Below, piece by piece: positions 23,458-35,770 of a stretch of DNA of 64,000 nt (positions are counted from its first letter, which is position 1; each line of letters starts with the position of its first letter). The stretch lies in NCBI RefSeq assembly GCF_964213995.1, contig NW_027590122.1:2046001-2110000 (forward strand), in the 5' to 3' direction. The notes below the pieces were generated by a model. It was not told the origin of the DNA. It saw only the letters and a program-made list of their open reading frames with translations, and did no database searches. The translations under genes were made by a program, and so were the position numbers. The DNA comes from Mustelus asterias (Eukaryota).

Positions 23458-24399
23458 TATATTATTATGTAATATATATTATCTATTTATAATATATATT
23501 ATCCATATATATTATATCATTATATACTATTCATATTATTTTGCTGCGCATTTACAGAAATAGTTTATTATCACTGAAATATGAATTGTAGTTTATGGCA
23601 GTGCGTGAATCATCTAATTTATAACTTGACATTAACGCTCATGCTAATGTAATAAAATGCAACCTTTAGCATTGTGTGGAATGACAGCATTTCATGGTGC
23701 AGTAAAATACCTTTTCGTGAACTGATATCATAGTATCAGAAAATGGGCAGTGCAATCATTATATGACATTAGTTGAGACAGAAAATATATTGTGTGATAA
23801 CAGTAATGTAGAGTGCGCTCTCTGGAAATAGGTAAGAGCTACAGTTTGTTGGATTGTCCCAACTGTTATTTTTATTGCTTTCATTCATTTACAGGATGTG
23901 GGCGTTGCTGACCAGGCCAACATGTATTGTACACTTCTAAATACCTTTGAGAAGGTGGCAGTGAGCTGCCAATTGAACTGCTGCAGTCCCTGTGGTATAG
24001 GTACACCCACTGTGCTGTTAGGGAGGGAGTTCCAGGAGTTTGAGCCAGTATCAGTGAAGGAACAGTGATATATTAATGTGGTCTTAGGAATTAATTATGG
24101 AAACTTTGAAAGGGATAAATGGAGATTCAAGATTTTTAAGCTAATCTGTCTTGTGTCTTGAGTTAGCAAGTTTGACAAATTTTGGATAATTATATTTTGA
24201 ATATTCCTGACAAGGTCAACATTTATTACTCATCTCGAGATTTCACTTGCAAAGGTTGACTTGTCCTTCTTCCTTCAGGTATTCCAATACGGATGTGAGG
24301 GATGCTTGACATGAACTTTAAAAACAAATTCGATACAGAATGGCGAAGTAGATTCTGACCCGAAGTTTGATCAAAGAGTTAGGTTGTACGAGGAGAACC

Positions 24400-25616
24400 A
24401 GTGGACGTGGATTATTTAGACATGTTTTCAACAAGGTCTCATGAAACAGACTACTATGTAAAGTTAAAGTATATGGGATTGGAGGTAATGTCTTGAGATG
24501 GATAGAAAGCTGGTTAGCAGATAGGAAACAAAGAGTTGGCATAAATGGGTCTTTTTCTGATTGGCAGTCAGTGAGTAGTGGAGTTCTGCAGGGATTTGCA
24601 CGAGGATCCCAACTGTTCACATTATATATTAATGATTTGGAAGACGGAACAAAAGGTACTATCTCAGAATTTGAAGATGATACAAAGTTGGGTGGGAGGG
24701 TGAGCTGTGAGGAGGGTGAGCTGTGAGGAGGCTGCAGAGATGCATCAGCGTGATTTGGACAGGCTGAATGTGTGGGCATATGCATAATGTAGAGTATAAT
24801 ATGGATAAATGTGAAGTTATCCACTTTGGAAGCAATAATAGTAAGACAGATTATTACTTGAATGGGTGTAAATTGAGAGAGGTCGATAACAAGCAAGACC
24901 TTGGTGTCCTTGCGCATCAGTCGCTGAAAGTAAGCGTGCAGGTACAGCAGGCAGTAAAGAAGGGAATGGTATGTTGGGTTTCATAGCGAGACGATTTGAG
25001 TATAGGGATAGGGATGTTTTGCTGCAGTTGTATAGGGCGTTGGTGAGGCCACATCTGAGTATTGTATGCAGTTTTGATGTCCTTATCTGAAAAAGGATGT
25101 CCTTCCTATAGAGGGAGTACAGTGAAGGTTTACAAGGCTGATTCCTGGGATGGCAGGGTCTACCATGTGAGGAGAGATTAAGTTGGTTAGGATTATATTC
25201 ATTGGGTTCAGAAGAGTGAGTGGGGATCTAATAGAAACTTATAAAATTCCCACAGGGTTAGACAGGGTAGATTCAGAAAGAATGTTCCCAATGGTGGGAG
25301 AGTCCAGAACTAGGGGTCATAGTTTGAAGATAATGGGGTAAACCTTTTAGAACTGAGATGAGGAGAAATCTCTTCAGCCAGAGAGTGGTGAGTGTGCGGA
25401 ATTCACTACCACCAAATGTAGTTGAGGCAAAAACTTGTCTGATTTCAAGAAGAATTTAGATATAGCTCGAGGGACTAACGGGATCATGGGATATGGCGGG
25501 GGAGGGGGGGTTGAATCAGGATATTGAACTCGATAATCAGCCATGATCAAAATGAATGGTGGAGCAGGCTCGAAGGGCCGAATGGCCTACTCCTGCTTCT
25601 AGTTTCTATGTTTCTA
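24400..25616 (+). mobile_element. CR1 LINE 3' fragment
   Basis: WIESWLADRKQRVGING...FEDDTKLGG; 3' end gaagggccgaatggcctactcctgct...tttctatgtttct. Confidence 0.9.
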
Positions 25617-25665
25617 TATCATCTGATTCGAAGTTAATCCAGACCTGTGAATTGAAAAGTCCCAA

Positions 25666-25925
25666 TGGGAAATATTGCAGATTGAGTTTGCAGGTCCGCA
25701 ACCCACAGTAAAAAGAGGGGACCAGAATAACCTTGTAGTGGTAGATATATTTACCTGGTGGATTGAAACTCTTTATGCATAAAAATTATGCATAAATTAC
25801 AGCTAAAATCTTGTGGGAACAGTTCTTTACAAGATGGGGATTTCTGAAAAGGATGGAGAGTAATAATAATGGTTCTCATTTCACAGCAGAAATAATGTAA
25901 CAGCTCCGTTGTCTTGTGGGTGTGT
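25666..25925 (+). pseudogene. Relic integrase core (rve) fragment of an LTR retroelement
   Basis: Manual translation WEILQIEFAGP...LVVVDIFTWWIE / TAKILWEQFFTRWG...ES..NGSHFTAEIM*QL, with a frameshift and stops. Confidence 0.7.
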
Positions 25926-26454
25926 TAAACACTCAGATGGGAATCAAATCTGGGTCCCTGGCGCTGTGAAGCAGCAGTGCTAACCACTGTGCTACCGTGC
26001 CTCCCAAAACATTAAATCTGTTTCTCTCGCCAGAGATGCTGTCAGACCCGCTGTGTTTTTACAGCACTTCCTGTTTGTATTTATGAGTTCAGGAGTCAGG
26101 CCAGAAGGAAATTTAAAGACAGTTTGGCCCGGTGGGCGAATGGAAGAGAGGGAAGGAGCAGAGGCAGCTGATCAGATTGTCTCAATCTTGGTGACAAAGA
26201 AGCTCCATGAGCTCCTCACACTTGTTGGAGGTGAGGATGGAGGAGACGGGAGAGGGGGAAGCCCTTCAAATGGAACTAACATGTTTGAGGTATTAAAAGC
26301 ATTCATCACACTGTGTTGAACATAAAGCTTGTGTATTTAAGTTCCACCCAAAATATAAACCTTCCAACTGGGCTAGGATTTATCAGCAGAAACAGACACC
26401 AATGAAAATAGTCAGGACCTTGACGTGATTAAGAGCAAAATCCGGTCCTTGCAG

Positions 26455-27240
26455 TCACTCGTGAACACGCTGGTGTTTCAGCAGGTGAGGTGACTGAGTG
26501 AATCCCTTCCCACACACGGAGCAGGTGAATGGCCTGTCCCCAGTGTGAATTTGCTGGTGCTTTACCAGGTTGGATGATTGACTGAATCTCTTCCCACACT
26601 CGAAGCAGATAAATGGCCTCTCCCCATTATGAATTCTCTGGTGTTTCAGCAGGTCGGATGAATCAGTGAATCCCTTCCCACAATCAGAGCAGGTGAACGT
26701 CCTCTCTCCAATGTGAACTCGCTGGTGTTTCAGCAGGATAGAAGAGGTAGGGAATCCCTTCCCACACTCAGAGCATCTGAATGGTCTCTCTCTAGTGTGA
26801 ACTCTCTGGTGTGTCAGCAGGATTGATGAGGTAGCAAATCCCTTCCCACACTCATGACAGTTGAATGGCCTCTCCCCAGTGTGAACCCACCGGTGTTTCA
26901 GCAGATGGGATGAACAAATGAATCCCATCCCACACTTGGAGCAGGTGAACGGTCTCTCCCCAGTGTGAACTCGCCGGTGTGTCAACAAGATGGATGAGGT
27001 AGTGAATCCCTTCCCACACTCAGAGCAGGTGAATGGTCTCTCTCCAGTGTGATTGTGTCGATGAGTTTTCAGTTCAGATGGAAATCTGAATCTCTTCCCA
27101 CAGTCTCCACATTTCCATTGTTTCTCCCTGTTGTGACTGCATTTATGTTTCAACAGGCCAGATGATCGGCTGAATGTTCGTCCACACACAGAACACGTGT
27201 ACGGTTTCTCTCCACTGTTAACCGTGCTTTCCCCTTCCAT
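26455..27240 (-). CDS. C2H2 zinc-finger protein ZNF-2 (9 fingers; subfamily A)
   Basis: Intact 261-aa [17 protein letters not shown]...HQRVHE; candidate acceptor (ttttttacag) near 27349. Confidence 0.92.
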   Translation of the reverse strand: MEGESTVNSGEKPYTCSVCGRTFSRSSGLLKHKCSHNREKQWKCGDCGKRFRFPSELKTHRHNHTGERPFTCSECGKGFTTSSILLTHRRVHTGERPFTCSKCGMGFICSSHLLKHRWVHTGERPFNCHECGKGFATSSILLTHQRVHTRERPFRCSECGKGFPTSSILLKHQRVHIGERTFTCSDCGKGFTDSSDLLKHQRIHNGERPFICFECGKRFSQSSNLVKHQQIHTGDRPFTCSVCGKGFTQSPHLLKHQRVHE

Positions 27241-27889
27241 GTTTGAAACCCAATGATATTCAGATTACACTAATTTAGGCGATAGCGTCAGATCCTGATG
27301 CGACGTTTGGTTTGAGTTTTCTCCCTTCCACTCCTGCACTTCTAATATCCTGTAAAAAAAAAGTCCAAAGTTAAAAATTGAAGCAAATATTTCTCTTGGT
27401 TTGAGTTTACTGTGTGTAAATCCTCCCCTTCTCACCCTCTGGAAAAGGAGACTCCAAAATCCATCAATGTCAGTCCAGGATAGAAATTCACATTTTCTCA
27501 CAGGGACAGTGATAACCGTGCCTGTGTCCTGCCCCCGAGAAAGATGACAGCCATTAACCCAAGTCTATCAGTGTTTCTCCTTCACTATTTCATGTGATGT
27601 GGGTTTTATTGCCAAGACCAGAATTTATTTCCTGCCCCTGAGGAGGGCAGTTAGAGACTGAATCGCATGTTGACAAGTCTATGGAAAGACAGCAGATTCC
27701 CATGAATAAACAGGATGGGTTTTTTAAATTGTTCACAGCTGTAATGGTTACTCAAGTGAAATTATATTCCAGATTTTCCAGCGTTTTGTGAATTCTATTT
27801 AAACCCCCCCAGCTCCATGATGGGACTTGAACCCCTGTCCCCAGAACATTAGGCTGTGTCACTGATATTACCACCACCTCCCCGATTGT

Positions 27890-28170
27890 AGAGGTGCTGC
27901 AATTACCCCCCGGGTCGGTGCAAACTCGGGCCCGGGGGTTCCTTATTCTGGGTTTGAGGCCTCCTCCACTGGCTGTTTCTGAAGCCTCTGCACTCACTTC
28001 CCTGCCTCCCTGCAGCTCCAGCACCCACACTGCGCATGGGCCAGTCCGAATCCGCACAGCGCATGCTCCACTCAGAATCAGGTACTGCGCCTGCGCAAGC
28101 GGCTGCTATTGTGACAATACGGCACATTCTCTCTCGCTGCGAATGCTGGGTAAGAGCACCGCCATAGGAA
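27890..28170 (-). promoter_or_regulatory. CpG-rich promoter / first exon candidate of ZNF-2
   Basis: Three NRF1-like sites (tgcgcatg, gcgcatgc, tgcgcctgcgca); locally CpG-rich; possible minus-strand donor GG|GTAATT near 27906. Confidence 0.6.
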
Positions 28171-28591
28171 GGAGATAATGTTCAACACAAAATTGTGCTT
28201 TGTCATCCAATTACGATCAGAACTACAGGGTTAATATATAAAATTATTAAATAAATTGATACATCTACCAATGTGCATGGTGGGATTGTTACTGGACGAG
28301 TATTCCAGAGACCCAGGGTCCTTTTAGAGTCTACCCCACTCTGTTGTAGGTTGCAGCACGACATAGTTGGGTTGGTCACATGGGCAGAACAGTGATAGAC
28401 TTCGAAATATATCACCATTCCTTCACAGTCACTGGGTCAAAATCCTGGAATTCCCTCCCGAACCGCATTGTAGGTAAACCCACAGCACATATACTGCAGC
28501 GATTCAAGAAGGTAGCTCACCACCACCTTCTCAAGGGCAACTAGGGATGGCCAGTGAGCGACGCCCATGTCCCACAAATTAATAAAAAAAA

Positions 28592-29380
28592 TATGGTATT
28601 TAATCTTGATAAGTGCGAAGTAATGCACTTTGGAATAAGTAACAAGACAAAGAAATAATGAATGAATGGAAGGACACGAGGTAAAATCAGAGGAGCAGAT
28701 GGGGATCTTGGGGTACTTATTCACTTAAGGTAACAGAGCAGCTGAATAGAATAGATAAGAAGGCATATGAGACACTTGCTTTTATCAGTCGTGGCATACA
28801 GTATAAGAACAAAGAGATAATGTTGGAGCTGTACAGAATGTTGGTTAGTCCACAGCTGGAGGATTGTGTGCAGTTCTTGTCACCTCACTATAGGAAGGAT
28901 GTGATTGCACTGGAGGGGGTACAGAGGAGATTCACCAGGATGTTGCCTGGGATGGAACATTTGAGCTATAAGGAGACTGGATAGGTTTAGAGTGTTTAGA
29001 GCAGAAAAGGCTGAGGGGGACATGACTGTGGTGAATAAGATCATGAAGGATATGGACCGGGTGAGTAGAACCCTTGGTTGAGGGGTCAATCATGAGGGGA
29101 CATAGTTTTAGGGTACCTGGCAAGAGATTCAGAGGGAAGTTGAGAAAAAAAAAATCAGAGGGTGGTGGGAATCTGGAATAAACTGCCTGGGAAGGTAGTG
29201 GAGGCTGGAAACGTAACAACCTTTAAAAAGTATTTGGATGAGCACTTGAAATATTATAGCATTCAGATAAGGATATGGGACAAGTGCTGGAAAATGGGAT
29301 TAGCATGGGAGTTAGTGGTAGCTATTGGTGGTGCAGACTCGATGGGTCGAAGGGTGTTTTCTGCACTGTATGACTATGAC
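28592..29380 (+). mobile_element. CR1 LINE 3' fragment
   Basis: Degenerate FN.DKCEVMHFG, LYRMLV.PQLE.CVQF, VVGIWNKLP; ctatgactatga tail. Confidence 0.85.
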
Positions 29381-31083
29381 TGTAAATCTCACTCAGTCTC
29401 TTTCACTCGAACAGTCTTTGTCTCTATCTATTTCCCTCTTTTGGTCTTTGTTCTATTTGCTCACTGTCTTTGTGCAACTAAATTTCACTGGATTGATTCC
29501 TGAGATGAGGCGGTTGTCCTTGGAGGGCATTCAGTGGGATGAGTCTGTCCTCTCTGAAATTCACAACAATGAGAAGTGATATAATTGAAAAGGGAGGGAA
29601 AAGGAAGGATCAGGAAAGCAGCAAACACTTTATGTTGTTCCAGGAAAAGTGGGGTCTGGTGGTGTGGATGTCAGGTTTTACACAGCACACGGTCAGCCTG
29701 TGGATTCACCCAGGATGAAGAATCTCTGAATGATTCTGTTCAAATCACCCAGAGAGGAACCTTTGAGACAAACCACCTAAGAAGGAGCAGCACATAAAGA
29801 TATCCAAACACAGAGATCCAAACACACTCTCTCTCCCCGTCTCTTACACAGAAATGGGCAAACATAGAGACACACCCACAACCAGACAGACATCTTCATT
29901 CATAGACACACACCCACACAGATAATTCCAGCCCTATCACGTGGAGAATACAGCCCATTCTGACTAATACTGGAGATGAAATAACAGTGTCTTTACAAAC
30001 CACAATGTTTGAGAAATTTAAGTAACCATTACCCTCCAGGGACTGTGAGAGTTCTGATTACCCATTTCCACTCCTTTCTCTAAACTTGAGTCTACGTTGA
30101 ACAACATCTGGAACAGCAGCAATGACAAATCACGAACACTGAGCTGCCTCTTGTCAGCCTGGGTGAAGAGCCCTGCTGGGGGATAGTGTAAATTACAGAA
30201 CAACATCCCTGGGTAATCAGTGTCTCTTGGTTCTGGAATTACAGAAGATGCTAATTCCCCTCACATTGATGGTCCAGTTAATGAAGAGAATTCTAAGACA
30301 GGTTTCAAGCATAAAGAATATAATGTTGTTTTGACTCTGTCATCCTGGCCTCATTCATTACTGCTCCAATGTCCTGGGAAATGTGCTGCACCACATCCAG
30401 CAGGTACCACAGACACTATTCATCTTTTTCAAAATGTGGATTCGAATCCAGGTCCCCAGAACATTAGCTGGGATTCTGGATTAATAGTCTATCGATAATA
30501 CCATTAGGCATCGCCTCCCCCAAATTTGTTCCCTTTGGAACAAAGAAGCTGAAATGGAGATTTCATGGATCTGTTCAAGATTATCGGGGTGGGGACGGAT
30601 GGTTTGATAGAGCAGGTCGGGAGAAACTGTTCCACTGATGCGGGTCAGTAACCAGAGGACTGGGATTGAAGATAATTAAAGAAAGACAGACTGGCATTAA
30701 TATCGCACATTTCCCGACCAGCAGGAATCACAATGAGATCATTGTTATAATGAAGGCTGAATGGCCGAATGCTGCTCCTACGGCTTATGGTCTATTCCTT
30801 AGTTCCCTCGAAACGGGGATAATCCCAGCCTCCCAAATGAAGATGCAGTCATTCAAAAATTAAAACAAAGTTGATTTTTAAAATTTTTTAAATCCAGAAT
30901 ACTAATATCTAAATCTGCACTGGATATTGTTAACATCAGACCCCAATAAATATAGTTCAGTTCTGGATGTGATTAACAGCAAACTCCAATCTGGCTGGTG
31001 TGTCAGCACGTTGGATGACTGATTGAATCCTTTCCCACACTTGAAGCAGATGAATGGTTTCTCCCCAGTGTGAACTCGCTGGT

Positions 31084-32013
31084 TTACAGTGAGAGGAGAT
31101 GATTGTCTGAACTCAGTCCCACAGTGAAAGCATCCGAACGGACTCGAGTGTGAACCCGTTGATGGGTCATCAAGTTCCCAAAACTTTTAAAGCACTTTCC
31201 ACAGTCTGGGCATTTAAAAGGTCTCTCGTCAGTGTGAATCCGTTGATGGCAGATCAGGTTCGAAGAGTTAGCGAATTTCTTCCCACATTTGGAGCAGGTG
31301 AACGGGTTATCCTCAGTGTGAATCCGCTGGTGTGTCAACAGTTCTGTTGATGTAATGAATGCCTTCTCACACTCAGAGCAGGTGAATGGTCTCTCTCCAG
31401 AGTGAATTCGCTGGTGAATCAGAAGGTGAAACGACCGGCTGAATTTCTTCCCACACTCGGAGCAGGTGAATGGTCTCTCCCCAGTGTGAACTCGCTGGTG
31501 TGTCACCAGGTGGGTTGACTGAGTGAATCCCATTTTGCACTCGGAGCAGGTGAATGGTCTCTCCCCAGTGTGAACTCGCTGGTGTGACACCAGGTGGGTT
31601 GACTGAGTGAATCCCATTTTGCACTCGGAGCAGGTGAATGGTCTCTCCCCAGTGTGAACTCGCTGGTGTGACACCAGGTGGGCTGACTGAGTGAATCCCA
31701 CCTTGCACACAGAGCAGGTGAATGGTCTCTCCCCAGTGTGAATTCGCTGGTGTCTCACCAGGTGGGACAACTGAGTGAATCCCTTCCCACACTCGGAGCA
31801 GGTGAACGGTCTCTCCCCAGTGTGACACCGTCGATGAATTTCCAGCTCTGATGGGGAACTGAATCCCTTGCCACAATACTCACATTTCCACAATTTCTCT
31901 CCGTTGTGACTGCATTTATGTTTTGACAGGCCAGATAAACGGCTGAATCCTCGTCCACACACGGAACACGTGTACAGTTTCTCCCCACTGTGAGCGGTGC
32001 TTTTTCCTTCCAT
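31084..32013 (-). CDS. C2H2 zinc-finger protein ZNF-3 (10 fingers, then a frameshift; remnants of 2 more fingers to about 30990; subfamily A)
   Basis: [14 protein letters not shown]...; three near-identical fingers (GFTQS[AT]HLV[ST]H); out-of-frame [12 protein letters not shown] and FICFKC fingers downstream. Confidence 0.85.
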   Translation of the reverse strand: MEGKSTAHSGEKLYTCSVCGRGFSRLSGLSKHKCSHNGEKLWKCEYCGKGFSSPSELEIHRRCHTGERPFTCSECGKGFTQLSHLVRHQRIHTGERPFTCSVCKVGFTQSAHLVSHQRVHTGERPFTCSECKMGFTQSTHLVSHQRVHTGERPFTCSECKMGFTQSTHLVTHQRVHTGERPFTCSECGKKFSRSFHLLIHQRIHSGERPFTCSECEKAFITSTELLTHQRIHTEDNPFTCSKCGKKFANSSNLICHQRIHTDERPFKCPDCGKCFKSFGNLMTHQRVHTRVRSDAFTVGLSSDNHLLSL

Positions 32014-33449
32014 GTTCAAAATCCAATGATACGCATATTACGATAAATTGGGCGACTCTGTCTGATCCTGATGTGATGTTTGGTTTCAGTTTTCCGACTG
32101 CAAATCCTCACCTTTGAATATGCTGTGAAATTGATTTAAAAAAGAAAAAAAGAGAGTGAGAGAGAACACACAAAAACACAAAGGCAGGTTGTGAAATGGA
32201 GCTGAATGAATCTGGTCATTTGTGGGGCCAGCACTGGGAAAAAGAGACCAAGAAAACTGATGGATTGTCATAAAAACCCAACTGGTTCACTAATGTCCTT
32301 CAGGGAAGGGAACCTTTGAGCCAGTCTGAACCTATACAAGACCAGAGCTTCAATGTGAAGAGGCAGCGGATGGGCGGGATTAAGAGATGTGGGAGGAGAA
32401 GAGGTGAAGGAGTGGATACATCTACAACCAGACAGAAACTCCCAAACCCTCAACCTCCACCATTTAGAAAGACCAGGTTCACAGGTGAATGTGAACATCA
32501 TCACCTCAAAGTCACACAGCATCGCGACTGGACTGAGATCCTGTCCTGGATTAGGAAAAGTTTCCTCCATTTAAAGAGTGAGAAACATGAAAGGATTGTC
32601 TTCAGTCCACGCTACAAACTCCACCCCGTGGACACTGACACCATCCCACTCTGGTGCTGAAGCAGGCTGTTTACAACCAGGTTCAAATATTTATTTTCTA
32701 AATCTGACTTTGCAGGGTCGACAAGGCTGTTTCCCGTGTCAAGGCCCATGCCTGGTCTGCCCATTTCCATACCTTTTTAGTAACTTTATACTAGTTGGGT
32801 ATAACTGAGAGGCTTGCTGTGTCATATCAGAGGGAATTTAAGATTCAACCACATTGCAGATCTGGAGATACATGTAGGCCAGACCAGGTGAAGATGGCAG
32901 ATTTGTTTTTCCCTAAACAGCACTAGTGAACCCAATGGGTTTTTATGAGAATCAATAATGGTTTTTTGCTCATCATTAGCCTTTCAAATTCAAACTTTTA
33001 TGAAATGTAAATTCCACCACCTGCCGTGGCAGGATTTGAACCTCGGTTCCCAGAACATTACCCTGGGTCTCACCCCCTCGATGCCCTTCCAACCACACAC
33101 CTGTGCCAACTCCAAGAATGGGTTTCCATCGGTGAGGGGGCTGTGACCTCACACTGCATACTTCTTTGAAAACATGTATTGATATCCTCATAGCTATTTC
33201 TAAAAATTTTAAAATGGGAGAAATAGCTGAATCTGTGTGTGTCTCTGACCCCTGAACAAATGGAGCAATCTGGGAGACTCAAAGAAACTCACAGCTCATT
33301 CTCCCAGAAGCAACATTTTGATTCTGGATCATGTGAAACACAATTGTTCTCTGTGATCTCTGCACTGTAAATCTTTCCTTTCTCTGTCCATCTTCTATGT
33401 ATTAATGCATCCATCATTATGAAGTGCTTTGAAAGGTTAGTCATGGCAC

Positions 33450-34190
33450 AAATCAGTCCGGCCTCCCAGACTGCCTGGATCCACTACAGTTCACAACCGC
33501 CGCAACAGGTCCACAGCAGGCACCATCTCCCTGGCCCTGCACTCAACCCTGGAACCACCTGGATAACAAAGCACCTATTTCAGACTCCTATTTATTGATT
33601 ACAGCTCAGCCTTCAACACCATTATTCCTATGAAACACATCTCCAAATTCCGTGGCCTGGGGTTTAGCTCCTCTCTCTACGACTGGATCCAAGACTTCCT
33701 AACACACAAACTGCAATCAGTAAGAATAGGCAACAACACCTCCTCCACAATCATCCTCAACACCGGTGCCCTACAAGGCTGTGTCCTCAGCCCCCTACTA
33801 TACTCCTTATACACCTATGACTGAGTGGCCAAATTCCCCCCCAACTTGATTTTCATGTTTGCTGATGACACCACCGCAGTGGGTCATTTCTCAAACACTG
33901 ACGAGACAGAGAACAGGAATGAGATAGAGAATCTGGTGAACTGGTGCGGTGACAATAATCTCTCCCTCAATGTCAACAAAATGAAGGAGATTGTCATCGA
34001 CTTCAGGAAGCGTAGAGGGGGACATGTCCCTGTCTACATCAACAGGGATGAAGTGGAAATGGTCGAGAGCTGAGTTTCTAGGTGACCAGATACCAACAAC
34101 CTGTCCTGGTCCCTCCAGCCAATGCTACAATTAAGAAAGCCCACCAACACCTCTATTTTCTCAGGAAGCTAAGGAAATTTGGCATGTCCG
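33450..34190 (+). mobile_element. Rex1/Babar-type non-LTR retrotransposon RT fragment
   Basis: [50 protein letters not shown]. Confidence 0.8.
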
Positions 34191-34236
34191 TTATGATTCA
34201 GGGGTCGGTTCGGAACCTCTATCTTCAGAGGGACAA

Positions 34237-34472
34237 TAGAATCATAGAAACCCTACAGCACAGAAAGAGGCCATTCGGCCCATCGAGTCTGCACCGACCA
34301 CAATCCCACCCAGGCCCTACCCCCATATCCCTACATATTTTACCCGCTAATCCCTCTAATCTACGCATCCCAGGACACTAAGGGGCAATTTTTTTAGCAT
34401 AGCCAATCGACCTAACCCGCACATCTTTGGACTGTGGGAGGAAACCGGAGCACCCGGAGGAAACCCACACAG
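34237..34472 (-). mobile_element. HE1-like V-SINE, 5'-truncated
   Basis: atagaatcatagaaaccctacag...ggccattcggccc...gcacatctttggactgtgggaggaaaccggagcacccggaggaaaccca. Confidence 0.85.
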
Positions 34473-34858
34473 AGAGGGGCGGGTCAGGATGGCGACCTCC
34501 TCGTGAACCTGGTCCTGGGCCTGGCAAAGCGCGCCATTTATAGGTCCAGGCAGCAGGCGATCGAGGAGGCCGTCCATCCTGACTGTCTGCCCCTCTACCG
34601 TGGCTACGTTCGCGGCCAGGTGTCCCTGGAGAGGGAACATGCGATGTTCATGGGTGCGGTTGACGCCTTCCGCCCCCGTTGGGCACCGCAGGGGTTGGGA
34701 TGTGTTATCGACCCTAATAGTCACATTATGATTTGATGTTTTTAAGTTTCCTTTGTAGTTTGATTTTTGTTTGGGCTGCTCCCCCTCCTTTTGGGGAGCT
34801 GCCCCTTTTACTTTGTCCTGATTTAACTTGAGTTTGTTTATTTGGTTTGACCTTAAAA
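34473..34858 (+). mobile_element. Tx1/L1-clade LINE 3' end
   Basis: DLLVNLVLGLAKRAIYRSR...YVRGQVSLEREHA..F..RW ORF2 C-terminus followed by a T-rich 3' UTR and short A tail. Confidence 0.65.
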
Positions 34859-35089
34859 AAGGCCAACATCTGTGAGTAAAACACTTTTTCTTTTCTCCCC
34901 CTTTCCATTTCTTTTCTCATTCTGGGGGAAATTGGGGACTTGCAGCAACTGAAGGGAAAGGAAGTGAATCCAGTTGGTATGTTCCACACATTGTTAGTCC
35001 AGTCAGATAGACATATATCTGTCTCGCAGCCTGCATGGAGATTTCCAGCTCTCTGTGTCCAGGACAGGAAGCAGTGAGCATGGATCTAG

Positions 35090-35770
35090 TTTCAAACGTT
35101 CTGGGGATCTGATGATCCATGCCTCGGGACATCCTTTCTTGCATCAGGTTGTAGACGTTGTCTACCTGATACGCTGCAAGAAAGGATGTCCCGAGGCATG
35201 GTACATTGGGGAAACTATGCAGACGCTGCGACAACGGATGAATGAACACCGCTCGACAATCACCAGGTAAGACTGTTCTCTTCCTGTTGGGGAGCACTTC
35301 AGCGGTCACGGGCATTCGGCCTCTGATATTCGGGTAAGCATTCTCCAAGGCGGCCTTCGCGACACACAACAGCGCAGAGTCGCTGAGCAGAAGCTGATAG
35401 CCAAGTTCCGCACACACGAGGACGGCCTCAACCGGGATATTGGGTTCATGTCTCACTATTTGTAACTCCCACAGTTGCGTGGACCTGCAGAGTTTCACTG
35501 GCTGTCTTGTCTGGAGACAATACACATCTTTTTAGCCTGTCTTGATGCTCTCTCCACTCACATTGTTTCGTTTCTTAAAGACTTGATTAGTTGTAAGTAT
35601 TCGCATTCCAACCATTATTCAAGTAAATTGAGTCTGTGTCTTTATATGCTCTGTTTGTGAACAGAATTCCCACTCACCTGAAGAAGGGGCTAAGAGCTCC
35701 GAAAGCTTGTGTGGCTTTTGCTCCCAAATAAACCTGTTGGACTTTAACCTGGTGTTGTTAAACTTCTTAC
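35090..35770 (+). mobile_element. Penelope-like element 3' part (GIY-YIG endonuclease plus terminal repeat with hammerhead)
   Basis: VVYLIRC...WYIGET.QTLRQRMNEHR...VGEHF...AEQKLIAKFRTHEDGLNRD; terminus cctgttggactttaacctggtgttgttaaacttctta. Confidence 0.9.
35675..35711 (+). ncRNA. Minimal type I hammerhead ribozyme motif (Penelope-associated)
   Basis: CAC-CUGAAGA-A-GGGGCU(AAG)AGCUCC-GAAA-GCU-U-GUG; palindromic AGCU stem III. Confidence 0.75.
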
